A program made the position numbers and the translations under genes. Shown one piece after another: positions 11,920 through 26,600 of a stretch of DNA of 64,000 bases; position 1 is the first letter of the stretch; each line of letters opens with the position of its first letter. Location of the stretch: contig JAJDCD010000004.1 in assembly GCA_029261035.1 (NCBI GenBank), positions 4,765 to 68,764 of the forward strand. Reading direction: 5' to 3'. This DNA is from Candidatus Omnitrophota bacterium (lineage in GTDB: Bacteria; Omnitrophota; Omnitrophia; Omnitrophales; JACROU01). A model generated the notes under the pieces. That model saw only the letters and a list, made by a program, of their open reading frames with translations. It did not search any database and had not been told where the DNA came from.

Positions 11920-12171
11920 CTAACCTTCAACAACAACAGGCTCTTCTACCTCTCTACTGACTGGGGAAGTTTTTTTAACAACATGCGTTGCACAAAGGCC
12001 TCTGTCGCCCTCAATGGTATCAAACTCTACTTCTTCACCCTCTTCAAGTTTACGGTATCCATCTGATTGGATTTCGGTATAGTGAACAAATACTTCATTA
12101 CCATCTTCTGTTTCCAAAAAGCCGTACCCTTTAACATTGGAAAACCACTTTACCGAGCCTTTATTAGGCAT
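11920..12171 (-). CDS. Cold-shock domain protein
   Basis: GSVKWFSNVKGYGF (RNP1), VFVHY (RNP2). Confidence 0.95.
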   Translation of the reverse strand: MPNKGSVKWFSNVKGYGFLETEDGNEVFVHYTEIQSDGYRKLEEGEEVEFDTIEGDRGLCATHVVKKTSPVSREVEEPVVVEG

Positions 12172-12187
12172 TAAATCTCCTTAAGAG

Positions 12188-12466
12188 TTATTTAACTTTA
12201 TACTTCAATACAAGACCAGGTTTAAAAACAACTACTTTTTTCTCTGGTACAGCAACTTCTTGACCTGTTCTTGGGTTTCGGCCCAATCTTCCTCTACGGT
12301 TTTTCACTTTGAAAACTCCAAAGTTTCTCAATTCAACCGTTTCACCTTTTTCAAGACTTTCCACAACAGCATCCAACGTTTTTTGGACAATTTTTTTGAC
12401 ATCAATCTGTGTCAAATTTGTATCGTTCGATACTTTAATGACAATGTCTTTTTTGGTCATAGTCAT
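12188..12466 (-). CDS. HU/IHF family DNA-binding protein
   Basis: MTMTKKDIV, VELRNFGVF, GRNPRTG, VFKPG; start at Met32 of the ORF track after GGAGGT-like RBS. Confidence 0.95.
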   Translation of the reverse strand: MTMTKKDIVIKVSNDTNLTQIDVKKIVQKTLDAVVESLEKGETVELRNFGVFKVKNRRGRLGRNPRTGQEVAVPEKKVVVFKPGLVLKYKVK

Positions 12467-12521
12467 GGGTAAATCACCTTCCCTTCCAATCCAGAATTTG
12501 TAGTAACTTATTACAATACAA

Positions 12522-12550
12522 ATAGTAACAAACTTTTCTGGGCCTGTCAA
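12522..12550 (-). promoter_or_regulatory. sigma70 promoter upstream of the HU/csp genes
   Basis: TTGACA-N17-TACTAT with extended -10 TG. Confidence 0.7.
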
Positions 12551-12704
12551 GAAGACCAATTCTATAACTTATTATAAATAAATGATTTACAATTTTGTGA
12601 AGCCGCCTCAAAATCACTCAAAATCATGGCAAATACCCATAATCAAAGAACTTAGCTCTATTACTAAAAGAGAAGGATCCCCAACTAAACCCAAATTCCT
12701 TATT

Positions 12705-15700
12705 TTAGGTTCTAACTCGGATGGACCCCTCACCCAAAACACCCTTCACCTGCTCAAACAACTCCTCGCTGGAATTAACACGAAAACTCTCTCCAGAACT
12801 CATAATTGTCTTCTTACCTTTAGCATCTTGAAAGGTTAAGTAAACAGGTGTCGACCCTCTATGGTCTAGTAATATTTGTCTCACTTGTTCTAAAATCTTT
12901 TTGTCCAAACCTGGAGTACTTAAATCTATGGTTAAAACACGCGTTAATTTTTTTGTCGCCTCTTCTAATGGAAAAATGTCTGTGGCAATCACAGATGCAA
13001 TATCTTCTCTTAAATTAATTCTTCCTTTTAAAAAAATAGTTTGGTCTTCAATCAAAAGAGATTGTACCTTTTCATAAATATCCGAAAAAACAACAATTTC
13101 ACAAGCCCCGTCCAAATCTTCAAGTGTAACAAAAGCCATTTTACGACCTCTTTTAGTCATAATTTCTTTTGAAGTTTGAATAAGCCCTCCCATACTCACT
13201 TCTTCTTGGTCCTTAAACTCCCCTAGATTAGAAGACGTCGCAGAAGTATATGTATCCAAAATCTTAGAATAGCGTGTTAACGGATGAGAAGTTACATAGA
13301 AACCCAACATCTCTTTTTCATATGCCAATAATTGACTCTCAGGCCACTCTTCAATTGCAGGCATCTCTGCTAAATCAGCCTCAAAGGATGAGTTTTCATC
13401 CATAACATCAAATAAAGATGTCTGTCCTAAATTCCGATCCTTTTGTCGTTGATTCGCCATATCAAGAGATCGATCGAGTACAGCCATCAACTGCGCTCTT
13501 TTGTTTCCAAAACTATCAAAAGCACCTGCCTTAATTAAACTTTCAAATACTTTCCGATTCACCACTCTTAAATCTACGTTTTGAGTAAATTGAAAAATAG
13601 ACTTATACTCCCCATGGTCTTTTCTAGACTCCACAATAGCTTCAATAGCAGCGATCCCCACATTTTTTACAGCAGACATTCCAAAACGGATTTCATTATC
13701 CGTACAAGTAAAAACAGAATCACTTTCATTCACCGAAGGGGGTAACACCCCTATCCCTAAACGCTTAGCTTCATCAATATATCTAACTAACTTATCCGTG
13801 TTATCTTTTTCCGAAGTCAACAAAGCCGTCATAAATTCAATAGCATAATTTGCTTTTAAATACGCCGTCTGAAATGAAACAACTGCATAAGCTGCTGAAT
13901 GCGATTTGTTAAAACCATACCCTGCGAAATACTCAATCAAACTCCAGATTTTTTCAGCTACTTTCACACTCACTTTATTAGCTTTTGCACCTTCAAGAAA
14001 TTCAATACGTTGCCTCTCCATAACTTCTGGAATTTTTTTACCAATCGCACGACGTAATAAATCTGCTTTTGCCAAATTAAAACCTGCCAATTTACTCACG
14101 ATCTGCATCACCTGTTCTTGATATAGAATAACACCATACGTTTCTTTTAAAATGGTCTCCAAATCAGGATGATCGTATTGAATAAGGGATGCATCTTGCC
14201 TTCTTCGGATAAAATCATCGACCATACCACTTCCCAAAGGACCTGGTCGGTATAGAGCTAACAAAGCTACAATATCTTCAAATTGAGAAGGTTTCATTTT
14301 TTTTAAAATATCTCTCATTCCAGAACTTTCCAACTGAAACACACCAAATGTCTCTCCATTTGCTAACAGCTCATAAGTTTTATCATCTTCGAAAGACATC
14401 GTAGAAAAATCAATTTCTACATTAAGATTCTTTTTTAGAATTTTTAATGTCTCATCAATAACCGTCAATGTCTTCAGACCCAAAAAATCCATTTTCAACA
14501 AACCTATTTTTTCTACAGCCCCCATAGAATACTGAGTGGAAACAATATCTCCTTGTTTAAAAAGAGGTACATACTCTGGTAAAGGAGCATCTGAAATCAC
14601 AACACCCGCAGCATGGGTCGATGCGTGGCGAGTATTCCCTTCTAACATCTTAGAAACATCCATTAAATCCTTAATTTTAGGATCCGAATGAACTTGCTTC
14701 TTCAGTTTAGGCTCTTTCTTTAAAGCCTGCGCCAAAGTAATATTCAATTCCATAGGAATCAGCTTTGCAACCAGGTCGACATCTCCATACGGTATTCCCA
14801 TAATACGCCCCACATCGCGTATCACACCTCGAGCAGCCATGGTTCCAAAAGTAATAATTTGAGCCACATTCTCAGTCCCATATTTTTTCTTAACATATTC
14901 AATCACTTCGTCACGACGAGCGTAACAAAAGTCGATATCGATATCGGGCATACTTACACGGTCTGGGTTCAAAAACCGTTCAAAAATCAATCCATATTGA
15001 ATAGGATCCAAGCTTGTAATCCCCAAAGAAAAAGCAACAATACTCCCGGCAGCTGAACCTCTACCAGGCCCTACAGGAATATCATTTTCACGGGCATAAC
15101 GAATAAAATCCCATACAATTAAAAAGTAACTGACATAACCCATCTTTTCGATGATAGTTAACTCATAATCCAGTCTATCTTGATATTTCTTAGTTAACTT
15201 TCCTACTCTTTCATTTAATCCTGCATCACATAATTCTCTAAGATATTTTTCTTTTGTTTTTTTCTCAGGAGGAGTAAATAGTGGAAGGTGGAACTTACCA
15301 AATTCCAATTCAACATTGCATTGATTAGCAATCTCGTGTGTCGTTTCTAAACTCTCGGGAAAATCTTTAAATAAAGATTTCATTTCATCTTGGGACTTTA
15401 AATAATAATCATCCGAAGACATTCTCAATCGCGCAGGATCATCTAAAGTGGACCCCGACTGAATACAAATCAAAGCCTCTAAAGACCTAGCATCTTTTCG
15501 ATGAACATAATGCACATCATTTGAAGCAACAAGTTTTGCTCCTAATTTTTTCGAAAGAGAACTCAGACCTTCTCTAATTTGAGCTTCTTCAGGAATTCCA
15601 TGATTCTGAATTTCTAAATAAAAATTATCTTCACCTAAACAATCCTGATACTCTTTTATCGTGTTCTCAGCTTCCTCAAATCGTTCTCGAGAAACATAAT

Positions 15701-16139
15701 AACCTGTCTCTCCTTTCAAACCAGAAGAAAGTCCAATTAAACCTTCCCCATATTCTTTTAAAGTTTCCTTATCTATTCGAGGCTTGTAATAAAAACCCTC
15801 GGTATAAGCAAGACTTGCTAATCTCATCAGGTTTTTATAACCCGTTTCGTTTTTTGCCAAAAGAACTAAACGGAAGGAAGCATCTTTAATACCATGCGTA
15901 GAACGCTCAAATCGGGAGCTCGGAGCCACGTAAGCTTCATAACCAAGAATAGGCTTTATTCCTTGGTTCATACATTCTTGATAAAACTCGATTGCCCCAA
16001 ACATGTTGCCATAATCAGTCATAGCCAATGCTGGAAAACCTAGCTTTACGGCTTGGCTCACAAGGTCTTTGATTTTACACGCCCCTTCTAAGAGGCTGTA
16101 TTGAGTATGAAGATGAAGATGTACAAAACGTTTATGCAT
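12705..16139 (-). CDS. dnaE: DNA polymerase III alpha subunit
   Basis: HLHLHTQYSLL PHP, GRGSAAGS, PDIDIDF, KMDFLGL, YGFNKSH, OB fold; start at Met21 (the ORF-track extension is a DNA repeat). Confidence 0.97.
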   Translation of the reverse strand: MHKRFVHLHLHTQYSLLEGACKIKDLVSQAVKLGFPALAMTDYGNMFGAIEFYQECMNQGIKPILGYEAYVAPSSRFERSTHGIKDASFRLVLLAKNETGYKNLMRLASLAYTEGFYYKPRIDKETLKEYGEGLIGLSSGLKGETGYYVSRERFEEAENTIKEYQDCLGEDNFYLEIQNHGIPEEAQIREGLSSLSKKLGAKLVASNDVHYVHRKDARSLEALICIQSGSTLDDPARLRMSSDDYYLKSQDEMKSLFKDFPESLETTHEIANQCNVELEFGKFHLPLFTPPEKKTKEKYLRELCDAGLNERVGKLTKKYQDRLDYELTIIEKMGYVSYFLIVWDFIRYARENDIPVGPGRGSAAGSIVAFSLGITSLDPIQYGLIFERFLNPDRVSMPDIDIDFCYARRDEVIEYVKKKYGTENVAQIITFGTMAARGVIRDVGRIMGIPYGDVDLVAKLIPMELNITLAQALKKEPKLKKQVHSDPKIKDLMDVSKMLEGNTRHASTHAAGVVISDAPLPEYVPLFKQGDIVSTQYSMGAVEKIGLLKMDFLGLKTLTVIDETLKILKKNLNVEIDFSTMSFEDDKTYELLANGETFGVFQLESSGMRDILKKMKPSQFEDIVALLALYRPGPLGSGMVDDFIRRRQDASLIQYDHPDLETILKETYGVILYQEQVMQIVSKLAGFNLAKADLLRRAIGKKIPEVMERQRIEFLEGAKANKVSVKVAEKIWSLIEYFAGYGFNKSHSAAYAVVSFQTAYLKANYAIEFMTALLTSEKDNTDKLVRYIDEAKRLGIGVLPPSVNESDSVFTCTDNEIRFGMSAVKNVGIAAIEAIVESRKDHGEYKSIFQFTQNVDLRVVNRKVFESLIKAGAFDSFGNKRAQLMAVLDRSLDMANQRQKDRNLGQTSLFDVMDENSSFEADLAEMPAIEEWPESQLLAYEKEMLGFYVTSHPLTRYSKILDTYTSATSSNLGEFKDQEEVSMGGLIQTSKEIMTKRGRKMAFVTLEDLDGACEIVVFSDIYEKVQSLLIEDQTIFLKGRINLREDIASVIATDIFPLEEATKKLTRVLTIDLSTPGLDKKILEQVRQILLDHRGSTPVYLTFQDAKGKKTIMSSGESFRVNSSEELFEQVKGVLGEGSIRVRT

Positions 16140-16163
16140 AATGAGGTTCGTATGGGTTAAACG

Positions 16164-16199
16164 TTGGTCCGTGACAGTCACTGAAGTGACAGTCACCAC
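16164..16199. repeat. GTGAC-W-GTCAC palindromic element (half copy)
   Basis: ttggtccgtgacagtcactgaagtgacagtcaccac, identical to 21537-21572. Confidence 0.85.
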
Positions 16200-16271
16200 T
16201 AGCGCAACGCTGGTTTGTGATAACGTGTTCGATTAAATGCTGCTCTGTTGTCTGCAAGCCTTCAGGCTTGC

Positions 16272-17807
16272 TTATTCCCATTCAATTGTGGCAGGTGGTT
16301 TTGAAGATATGTCGTAGCAAACGCGGTTAATCCCTTTTACCTCGTTAATAATACGATTCGATATACGAGCCAAAACGTCGTAGGGCAACTTAGCCCAATC
16401 TGCTGTCATACCATCTTGGCTCGTTACTGCTCTAAAAGCCACAGCATTCTCATACGTTCTTTCATCCCCCATCACGCCCACACTTTGAATCGGTAGTAAA
16501 ACTGTAAATGCTTGCCATACTTTAGAATAAGTCTTCGAATTTCTAAGTTCTTCAATAGCAATATGATCTGCTTTCCTCAATAAATCACAGCGTTCTTTTG
16601 TGATATCCCCCAAAATCCGTACAGCAAGACCTGGGCCTGGAAATGGGTGCCTATCGATTAAATCACTATGAAGTCCTAATTTTCTTCCAATAACACGAAC
16701 CTCATCCTTAAACAATTCACGCAAAGGTTCTATTAATTTAAATTTTAAATCCTTAGGAAGTCCCCCAACATTATGATGACTCTTAATGACGGCTGTAGGT
16801 CCACCATGAGCAGAAACCGATTCGATCACATCTGGATAAAGTGTGCCTTGCGCTAAGTATTTTACTTTTCCAATCCTACGCGCTTCTTTAGCAAAAACAT
16901 CAATAAAAACATGGCCAATAATTTTTCGTTTCTTCTCTGGATCTGACACATTCTTTAATTTTTTCAAAAACAGATCTTCCGACTTAGCAACTTTAAGATC
17001 AATACGGTAATGTTTTTTAAATAAGTCGACAACAGCTTCTCTTTCATACAATCGAAGCAAGCCATTATCAACAAAAATTGCCTTCAATTGTTTTCCAATA
17101 GCTTTATGGATCAAAACAGCAGCAACCGAAGAATCAACGCCACCAGACAAACCTAAAACAACGTTATCTTTTCCAACGGTTTCTTTAATTTGTTTAATAG
17201 ATTCTTTAATAAAATTAGCGGGTGTCCAATTAGGCTTCAGCCCCGCAATACGAAACAAGAAGTTAGAAATAATCTTAGCTCCTTGAGGTGTATGAACCAC
17301 CTCTGGATGAAACTGAACACCATAAATTTTTCGTTTAGAATCTTTCATACTAGCGATAGGAGAATTAGAAGTATGTGCAAGTCGTTTAAACCCAGGAGGT
17401 AAACGATCAATATGATCTCCATGGCTCATCCAACAATTAAGCTTCTTCCCCAAACCATAAAATAAGTCTGTTCGATCATTCACTAAAAGAGCGGCTGGTC
17501 CATACTCTCTAAGCTTCGTTTTGCGCACCTTACCTTTAAAATGATACCCCAAGAATTGCATTCCATAACATATTCCAAGAACAGGAACACCTAAATCAAA
17601 AATGCGTTTATCAGGAAGAGGAGCTTTCTTTGCGTACACATTAGAAGGCCCACCAGAAAGAATAATAGCTTTTGGATTGATTTCTTTGATTTTTTTAAAA
17701 GAGATATTGTAGGGATGGATTAAACTAAAAACCTTGGCTTCACGCACTCTTCTAGCAATTAGCTGTGTATACTGTGAACCAAAATCTAGAATTAAAACTT
17801 TATCCAT
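16272..17807 (-). CDS. guaA: GMP synthase (glutamine-hydrolysing)
   Basis: [46 protein letters not shown]. Confidence 0.98.
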   Translation of the reverse strand: MDKVLILDFGSQYTQLIARRVREAKVFSLIHPYNISFKKIKEINPKAIILSGGPSNVYAKKAPLPDKRIFDLGVPVLGICYGMQFLGYHFKGKVRKTKLREYGPAALLVNDRTDLFYGLGKKLNCWMSHGDHIDRLPPGFKRLAHTSNSPIASMKDSKRKIYGVQFHPEVVHTPQGAKIISNFLFRIAGLKPNWTPANFIKESIKQIKETVGKDNVVLGLSGGVDSSVAAVLIHKAIGKQLKAIFVDNGLLRLYEREAVVDLFKKHYRIDLKVAKSEDLFLKKLKNVSDPEKKRKIIGHVFIDVFAKEARRIGKVKYLAQGTLYPDVIESVSAHGGPTAVIKSHHNVGGLPKDLKFKLIEPLRELFKDEVRVIGRKLGLHSDLIDRHPFPGPGLAVRILGDITKERCDLLRKADHIAIEELRNSKTYSKVWQAFTVLLPIQSVGVMGDERTYENAVAFRAVTSQDGMTADWAKLPYDVLARISNRIINEVKGINRVCYDISSKPPATIEWE

Positions 17808-17825
17808 TATTTTCTCTTGTCATTG

Positions 17826-17940
17826 TAGCGCATAGCGTAGAGCGTTTAGCGGATAGAAAAACTAAAAGCAAAAACAAAACTCATAAAATCTATTTCTGAC
17901 CAAGGATCCTATACGCTCTACGCTAAACGCTACCCGCTAG
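17826..17940. repeat. Inverted heptamer-array element (TAGCGnn / nnCGCTA), copy 1
   Basis: tagcgcatagcgtagagcgtttagcggatag ... ctatacgctctacgctaaacgctacccgctag between guaB and guaA; similar copy at 23549-23640. Confidence 0.8.
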
Positions 17941-17943
17941 TTG

Positions 17944-19107
17944 TTATTTTTTTCCCATTCCAACTTTTTGTGCAGACTGAAAAACCTTACCTTCTGTTTG
18001 AATCGAAGGAGCAATAATAATTTCAGCTAATTGAAATTCTCTAATATTTTGAGCTCCAATATTTCCCATACAAGTTCTGATAGCCCCAACCAAGTTCTGA
18101 GTTCCATCGTCTAAACGTGCTGGCCCATAAAGAATTTCTTCCAAGGATCCAGTTGTTCCAACTCTAATACGAGTTCCTCTTGGCAGATTAGCGTGTGGCG
18201 TTGCCATTCCCCAGTGAAAACCACGACCTGGAGCTTCTTGGGTACGCGCAAAAGCAGAACCAACCATCACCCCATCCGAACCGGATGCAAATGCTTTACA
18301 AACATCTCCACCAGTAGACATGCCTCCGTCAGTAATAATAGGAACGTAACGACCTGTTTTCTTATAGTAGTATTCTCTTGCCGCAGAACAATCTACTGTT
18401 GCTGTAACCTGCGGAACACCAATACCCAAAACTCCACGAGTGGTACATGCCGCACCTGGCCCAATACCAATTAAGAGACCTGCTACCCCAGTTTCCATCA
18501 ACTCTAAACAAACCTTATATGTAACACAATTTCCAACCACAACAGGAATCTTAAGATCTTTACAAAGGTCGGCAAAATTAACAACCTGATAGGCTTTAGA
18601 AATATGTTTGACTGTAGTCACTGTAGATTGAACAAAAAAAGCATCACAACCCGCTTCTTCAGCAATCTTACCGAACTTAGGAGCGTTTTGAGGAATGGTG
18701 CTAACAGCACAAGTTACACCCGCTTTTTTAATCTCTTCTACTCTTTGACTAATTAATTTTTCCTGAATCGGTTTGGTGTATAACTTTTGAACTAATTCTG
18801 TAGCTCGCTCTGTACTTGCATCTGCAATTTCATTCAGAATAGATTCTGTATCTTCATAACGCGTTTGAATTCCTTCTAAATTTAAAACTGCAAGACCACC
18901 TAATTTTCCCATAGCAATTGCAAACTTAGTATCCACAACTCCATCCATAGCAGAAGCGATAACCGGAATATCTAACTCAACCCCACCTAAATTTAAAGAA
19001 ATATCTACTTCATCAGGATTCAAAGTCACATCCCCTGGAACCAATGCAATTTCATCAAAACCATAACAACGTCTAGCCTTACGACCTTTACCTAGCCACT
19101 CTGCCAT
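17944..19107 (-). CDS. guaB: IMP dehydrogenase, GuaB3 family (no CBS domains)
   Basis: YGFDEIALVP, SAMDGV, GIGPGAACTTRGVLGIGVPQ catalytic loop, WGMATPH; upstream of guaA. Confidence 0.92.
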   Translation of the reverse strand: MAEWLGKGRKARRCYGFDEIALVPGDVTLNPDEVDISLNLGGVELDIPVIASAMDGVVDTKFAIAMGKLGGLAVLNLEGIQTRYEDTESILNEIADASTERATELVQKLYTKPIQEKLISQRVEEIKKAGVTCAVSTIPQNAPKFGKIAEEAGCDAFFVQSTVTTVKHISKAYQVVNFADLCKDLKIPVVVGNCVTYKVCLELMETGVAGLLIGIGPGAACTTRGVLGIGVPQVTATVDCSAAREYYYKKTGRYVPIITDGGMSTGGDVCKAFASGSDGVMVGSAFARTQEAPGRGFHWGMATPHANLPRGTRIRVGTTGSLEEILYGPARLDDGTQNLVGAIRTCMGNIGAQNIREFQLAEIIIAPSIQTEGKVFQSAQKVGMGKK

Positions 19108-19279
19108 AATATAAAGTCCTCCTGTAGAAAATAAGGAAAAAAGAGCTTATTTCATGTTTCAAAAATGATAAATATTAGAATTCCTTCACTCCGTTAGGAT
19201 GACACGGAAGCGGTAGAAGAATCCGACAATCATATCGAAGTATGGGGTTTTAGTAAAGGGTTTTTTAGCCTTAAAATGA

Positions 19280-19389
19280 GTCATTGCGAGGTATTTCCAA
19301 AATGAGCCGCGGCAATCTCAGATAGAATGGGCTTATTAGTAAATATCCCGAGATTGCCGCGACTCCAGTCTCACCTACCTCGCAATGAC
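19280..19389. repeat. GTCATTGCGAG...GCAATCTC / GAGATTGC...CTCGCAATGAC palindromic element (full copy)
   Basis: Two inverted halves: gtcattgcgagg..gccgcggcaatctc and gagattgccgcg..cctcgcaatgac. Confidence 0.85.
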
Positions 19390-19406
19390 ATCGTAAAAAA
19401 AAGCAT

Positions 19407-19439
19407 AAAAAAAGGGGTTCCCAAAATGAGGAACCCCTT
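19407..19439 (-). terminator. Intrinsic terminator of the groE operon
   Basis: aggggttcc/ggaacccct stem followed by a U-tract on the minus strand, ~40 nt after the groEL2 stop. Confidence 0.85.
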
Positions 19440-19477
19440 AAAACTAAAAGCCAAAAACCAATAGCTAAAAACCGTTT

Positions 19478-21206
<1,729 letters not shown>

Positions 21207-21215
21207 CGCAAATCA

Positions 21216-21503
21216 CTATTCAAAAACTGCTAAGATTTCATTTTCTTTTAAAATTTTATGCTTTGTTCCTTCAATAACGATTTCATCTCCGGAATATTTT
21301 CCAAAAATAACTTTATCACCTGCTTTAACTTCAAGAGGTTGAAAGCTTCCGCTTTCCAAAGATTTTCCAGGACCTACAGCAACAACTTTACCTTCCGTCT
21401 TTTCTTCTTTAGCTGTATCTGGAAGAATAATTCCACCTTTGGTTTTTTCTTCAGCTTTTAAAACTTCAACTAATACTTTATCGCCTAATGGTTTTACTTT
21501 CAT
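21216..21503 (-). CDS. groS: Co-chaperonin GroES
   Basis: MKVKPLGDKV, TKGGIILPDTAKE, VAVGPGK, FGKYSG; AAAGGAG RBS. Confidence 0.97.
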   Translation of the reverse strand: MKVKPLGDKVLVEVLKAEEKTKGGIILPDTAKEEKTEGKVVAVGPGKSLESGSFQPLEVKAGDKVIFGKYSGDEIVIEGTKHKILKENEILAVFE

Positions 21504-21536
21504 TTTTCTTTCTCCTTTGTCTATCTGAGTTATAAG

Positions 21537-21628
21537 TTGGTCCGTGACAGTCACTGAAGTGACAGTCACCACGAAACTAATCTTTGTTATCAAATTTAAA
21601 AGTGACTGTCACCTTGGTGACTGTCACT
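21537..21628. repeat. GTGAC-W-GTCAC palindromic element
   Basis: gtgacagtcactgaagtgacagtcacc ... agtgactgtcaccttggtgactgtcac between groEL1 and groES. Confidence 0.9.
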
Positions 21629-21666
21629 TTTAAGTACCTAAAAGCCAAAAAGATGCTTAGCACTTT

Positions 21667-23343
<1,677 letters not shown>

Positions 23344-23375
23344 TTATCTCCTTAGATTTATTTCTATTTTAAACA

Positions 23376-23456
23376 TTGATCCGTGACAGTCACTAAAGTG
23401 ACAGTCACCACGAAACTAAACTTATTTAAGTGACTGTCACCTTGGTGACTGTCACT
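23376..23456. repeat. GTGAC-W-GTCAC palindromic element in the groEL1 5' leader
   Basis: ccgtgacagtcactaaagtgacagtcaccacgaaactaa ... agtgactgtcaccttggtgactgtcac; near-identical to 21537-21628. Confidence 0.9.
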
Positions 23457-23469
23457 GGCTTTTTCTTTA

Positions 23470-23496
23470 TTAGCACTCTTTGCATCTGAGTGCTAA
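23470..23496. promoter_or_regulatory. CIRCE operator (HrcA binding site)
   Basis: Perfect TTAGCACTC-N9-GAGTGCTAA upstream of groEL1. Confidence 0.97.
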
Positions 23497-23505
23497 GGGA
23501 AAGAT

Positions 23506-23533
23506 ATTCTATTTATATATAGTTTTTCGTCAA
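23506..23533 (-). promoter_or_regulatory. groE operon promoter
   Basis: TTGACG-N16-TAGAAT immediately upstream of CIRCE. Confidence 0.7.
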
Positions 23534-23548
23534 GTAAAAAAATAATAA

Positions 23549-23640
23549 TAGCAGGGAGCGTAGAGCATTTAGCGAATAGGCCCTATGTCTTTTTCAAGAC
23601 AAATGATCCTATCCGCTCTACTCTAAACGCTATCCGCTAG
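23549..23640. repeat. Inverted heptamer-array element, copy 2
   Basis: tagcagggagcgtagagcatttagcgaatagg ... cctatccgctctactctaaacgctatccgctag, directly after the giant gene stop. Confidence 0.8.
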
Positions 23641-23641
23641 T

Positions 23642-26600
23642 CTACGCTGCTTGAGCCGTTCTGATATACCCTTGGAATTCGGTCCAGAGAGATTGCATCA
23701 ATTGGACGAATTGATCATTGAAGGTAAATACATTGTTCGCTGCACCCCTTTTAAGGGCAATTTTGATATCTGCTGCCAACTTGTCATAACCTCCTGCTAC
23801 AGCTAGTTTTGCAGCAACAGAACCAGCAAATAACTGATAGGTTGTCCACTGAGAATCTGACAATCGACTTCGGTCTACCGAAATTAACTGAGTTCCATTC
23901 AGAAATGCCGCATCTTCCAAATTACTTTTCTCAGCTAATACCACAAGATGTTTTCCGATATTTTGAGAAGAAACTTCAAGGTCAATGGATGATTTTAATG
24001 CATCCACCAATCGAGATAACTTCAAAGACTTTCCAGAAACATCTTTAAACTCACTGTTTTGTGTAATTAGTTTAATCGTACTCTTAACAGAATCATCAAC
24101 AACATGAACCAAAACAAGTCTTTGTCCAAGAGCCTGCTTATCTTTATCGGAAAACTTTAACTGATTAAGAGCATCACCAAAAGCCTCGACATTAGCTTCA
24201 GGAGAATCTAAAACCACGACTGCAATATTACCCTCATTCGAAAGCAAACTTGTTACAACTTCTTGAGGAGATGTCACCGAAGCCTGTCTTACGGTTACAC
24301 CCAACTGAGGTTGTGAGGTTCCAAAAAGAGAAGCAAAAAGACTGTCTTTATTATCCCCCAGATAACCTTCCAAACCTCTAAGCGCTTTTATAACTTCATT
24401 CTCTAAACCAAAAATCTGTTTATACATATACTCAAATTGCTTATCACTCAACTCAGGTCGTATCAGTTTACCAGCTGCATGCGTTGTTGCTTCAACAACC
24501 CCCTCCAATGTTAACCCATATGGATATTCAACAACAGCACCCAGTTTATTATTTAAAATACTAAGAATACTTTCTTCAACCCCCAAACTCTCTGCGGAAA
24601 TAACAGACTCATCTTTTTCATCAACTGGCTTAGTTCCTTCTAATAAATACCAAGGTGTTCTCGCAACTTTTTCAATAAATTCAATCAGTTCACTACGACT
24701 CATTGTTTTAGGTAAATTAAAAGAAATTAACTTATCCCCCATAACAACAGATGGTTCAAAATTTTCCCCCATTAATGGTTTAAAAGCTCCTCTGCTTAAT
24801 GTATCCACAATTCTTAACCCCAGTTTATTTGAAGTTGGAGCTATAAGAAATACAGAGCTTACGATGTCTTTCCCCTTACCATCAGAGGAATAACCAACAA
24901 AAAAATGAAGCCCTTGTTCTTTAGCAGCACCATTAACATCAGATCCAAACAATTTAAAAAAATCAGGAAATAAACCGTCCTCATAATAAGACAGCCCATA
25001 AGAATACAAATCAGTATCAAATAGATTCACTTTCTCAACGGAAACAACGCCCAAACTAGACGCTTCAACAAACTTCGTCTTAGCCAATTCTTCTGCTGGG
25101 ATTACAAAAGGAATTCCTTTTTTAGCAGCAGCTGTAGCTGCGATACGAATTGGACGTTCGGTTTGATACTGAATATCTTCATCAGAAATTATGCGGCCAT
25201 TTACGTTCTCTACTTCTTGTGTCATCATTTCACTCGTTACCTCAGCAACATCTTGAATAGAAAGAAAGGATATTCTTCGCTCTGTCTGTAAAATTTCGCT
25301 TAATTCCATTAAATTCGATATCGATTGAATATCCAGCCCAAGCTTAACATCGCTCAGACCAGCTTCATCCAGTAATTCAATAACTTTATCAATGTCTGAA
25401 TAGATTCGAACTAATTTTAATGCTATAGAAAATTCGACGTCTGAAAACTCCTCAGACAATTGTTTAATAATGCTAAGTTGAATTTTAAAAAATTCAAGAT
25501 CTCTATTTAAACTTTTAACAATACCCTTAACACCAAAATCAGGATTCGCTTCAAAAGGCTCATAACGCAAACCACCAATCAAACCTCTCATCCCGCCTGT
25601 TTTAAGTGTGTTTCCTTCCTCATCTTCTCCCACTTCTGTGCTGGTAGGCGCATCATCTGTCCCAATAACCAAAGATAAATTTCTTGATCTAGCATCGGTA
25701 AAAGCCTTATGTAGTGCTGATCTCATTACATTTTTATAATGCAGCATCCCTTCTTCAAGGCTAAGCCCTAACGAAGTTAAAACTCCACCTGCACTTGCAG
25801 TAAGAACAAGCTTTTCAACGTCATCCATCGCATCGTCACGTTTAACAACTAGAGCTTGTTTTTTTACTGTCATCTCAGCTAAAGTCCTTTTCTCTTCATT
25901 AATCTGCTCTTCTATTTGATCAACAGACTCACTGCGAGATACTGCTTCTTTTCTTTTTATTAATGTTGATAACTCTTCTCTTAATACGTTAATCCTTCTA
26001 TCAAGTGAATCAATTTCAATGACTAATGTATCTAATTCCTCATCTAAGGTCTCTCTAGATTTCTCTACATTCAACTTATCTTGAGATAAATCTCTAAGTA
26101 ACCATGGATGCACTTTCATATCATTTAAAAGAATATCTCCTATGTCCATTCTTAGAGAAGCATCAACTGTAGGTTGAGCCTCTGAGTCAATATTAAAAGT
26201 AAAACCAGCCGCATCTTCAAATAACGCATACTTTTCTTGTGTTGAAGCACCACCTAAATCACTTATATTCTCAGCCGCTAAATTCTTAGCCACTTTTTCA
26301 AATGCCTCAATCACTACCGAAACTGAAGAATAACCTAATGCCGCCAAACCTTTTCCATATTCTTCCTGCCCTGGAACAGAAGGATCATTACCACAGTAGC
26401 CACACTTCACTATACTTGAAAGAATCAAATATGCTTTATCTCGATCACCTTCTTTTAAAGCTGCCTTCGCCTCTTTAATTGCACTTTCATTAAAAATCTT
26501 TGCTTGCCCCGTCACCATCGCATTCCAACGAATAACTGCAGGACCATAAGCGGTTGCATTATTTTTTAACGAAGGATCTCCTGTGTTACGATCAATTCGG

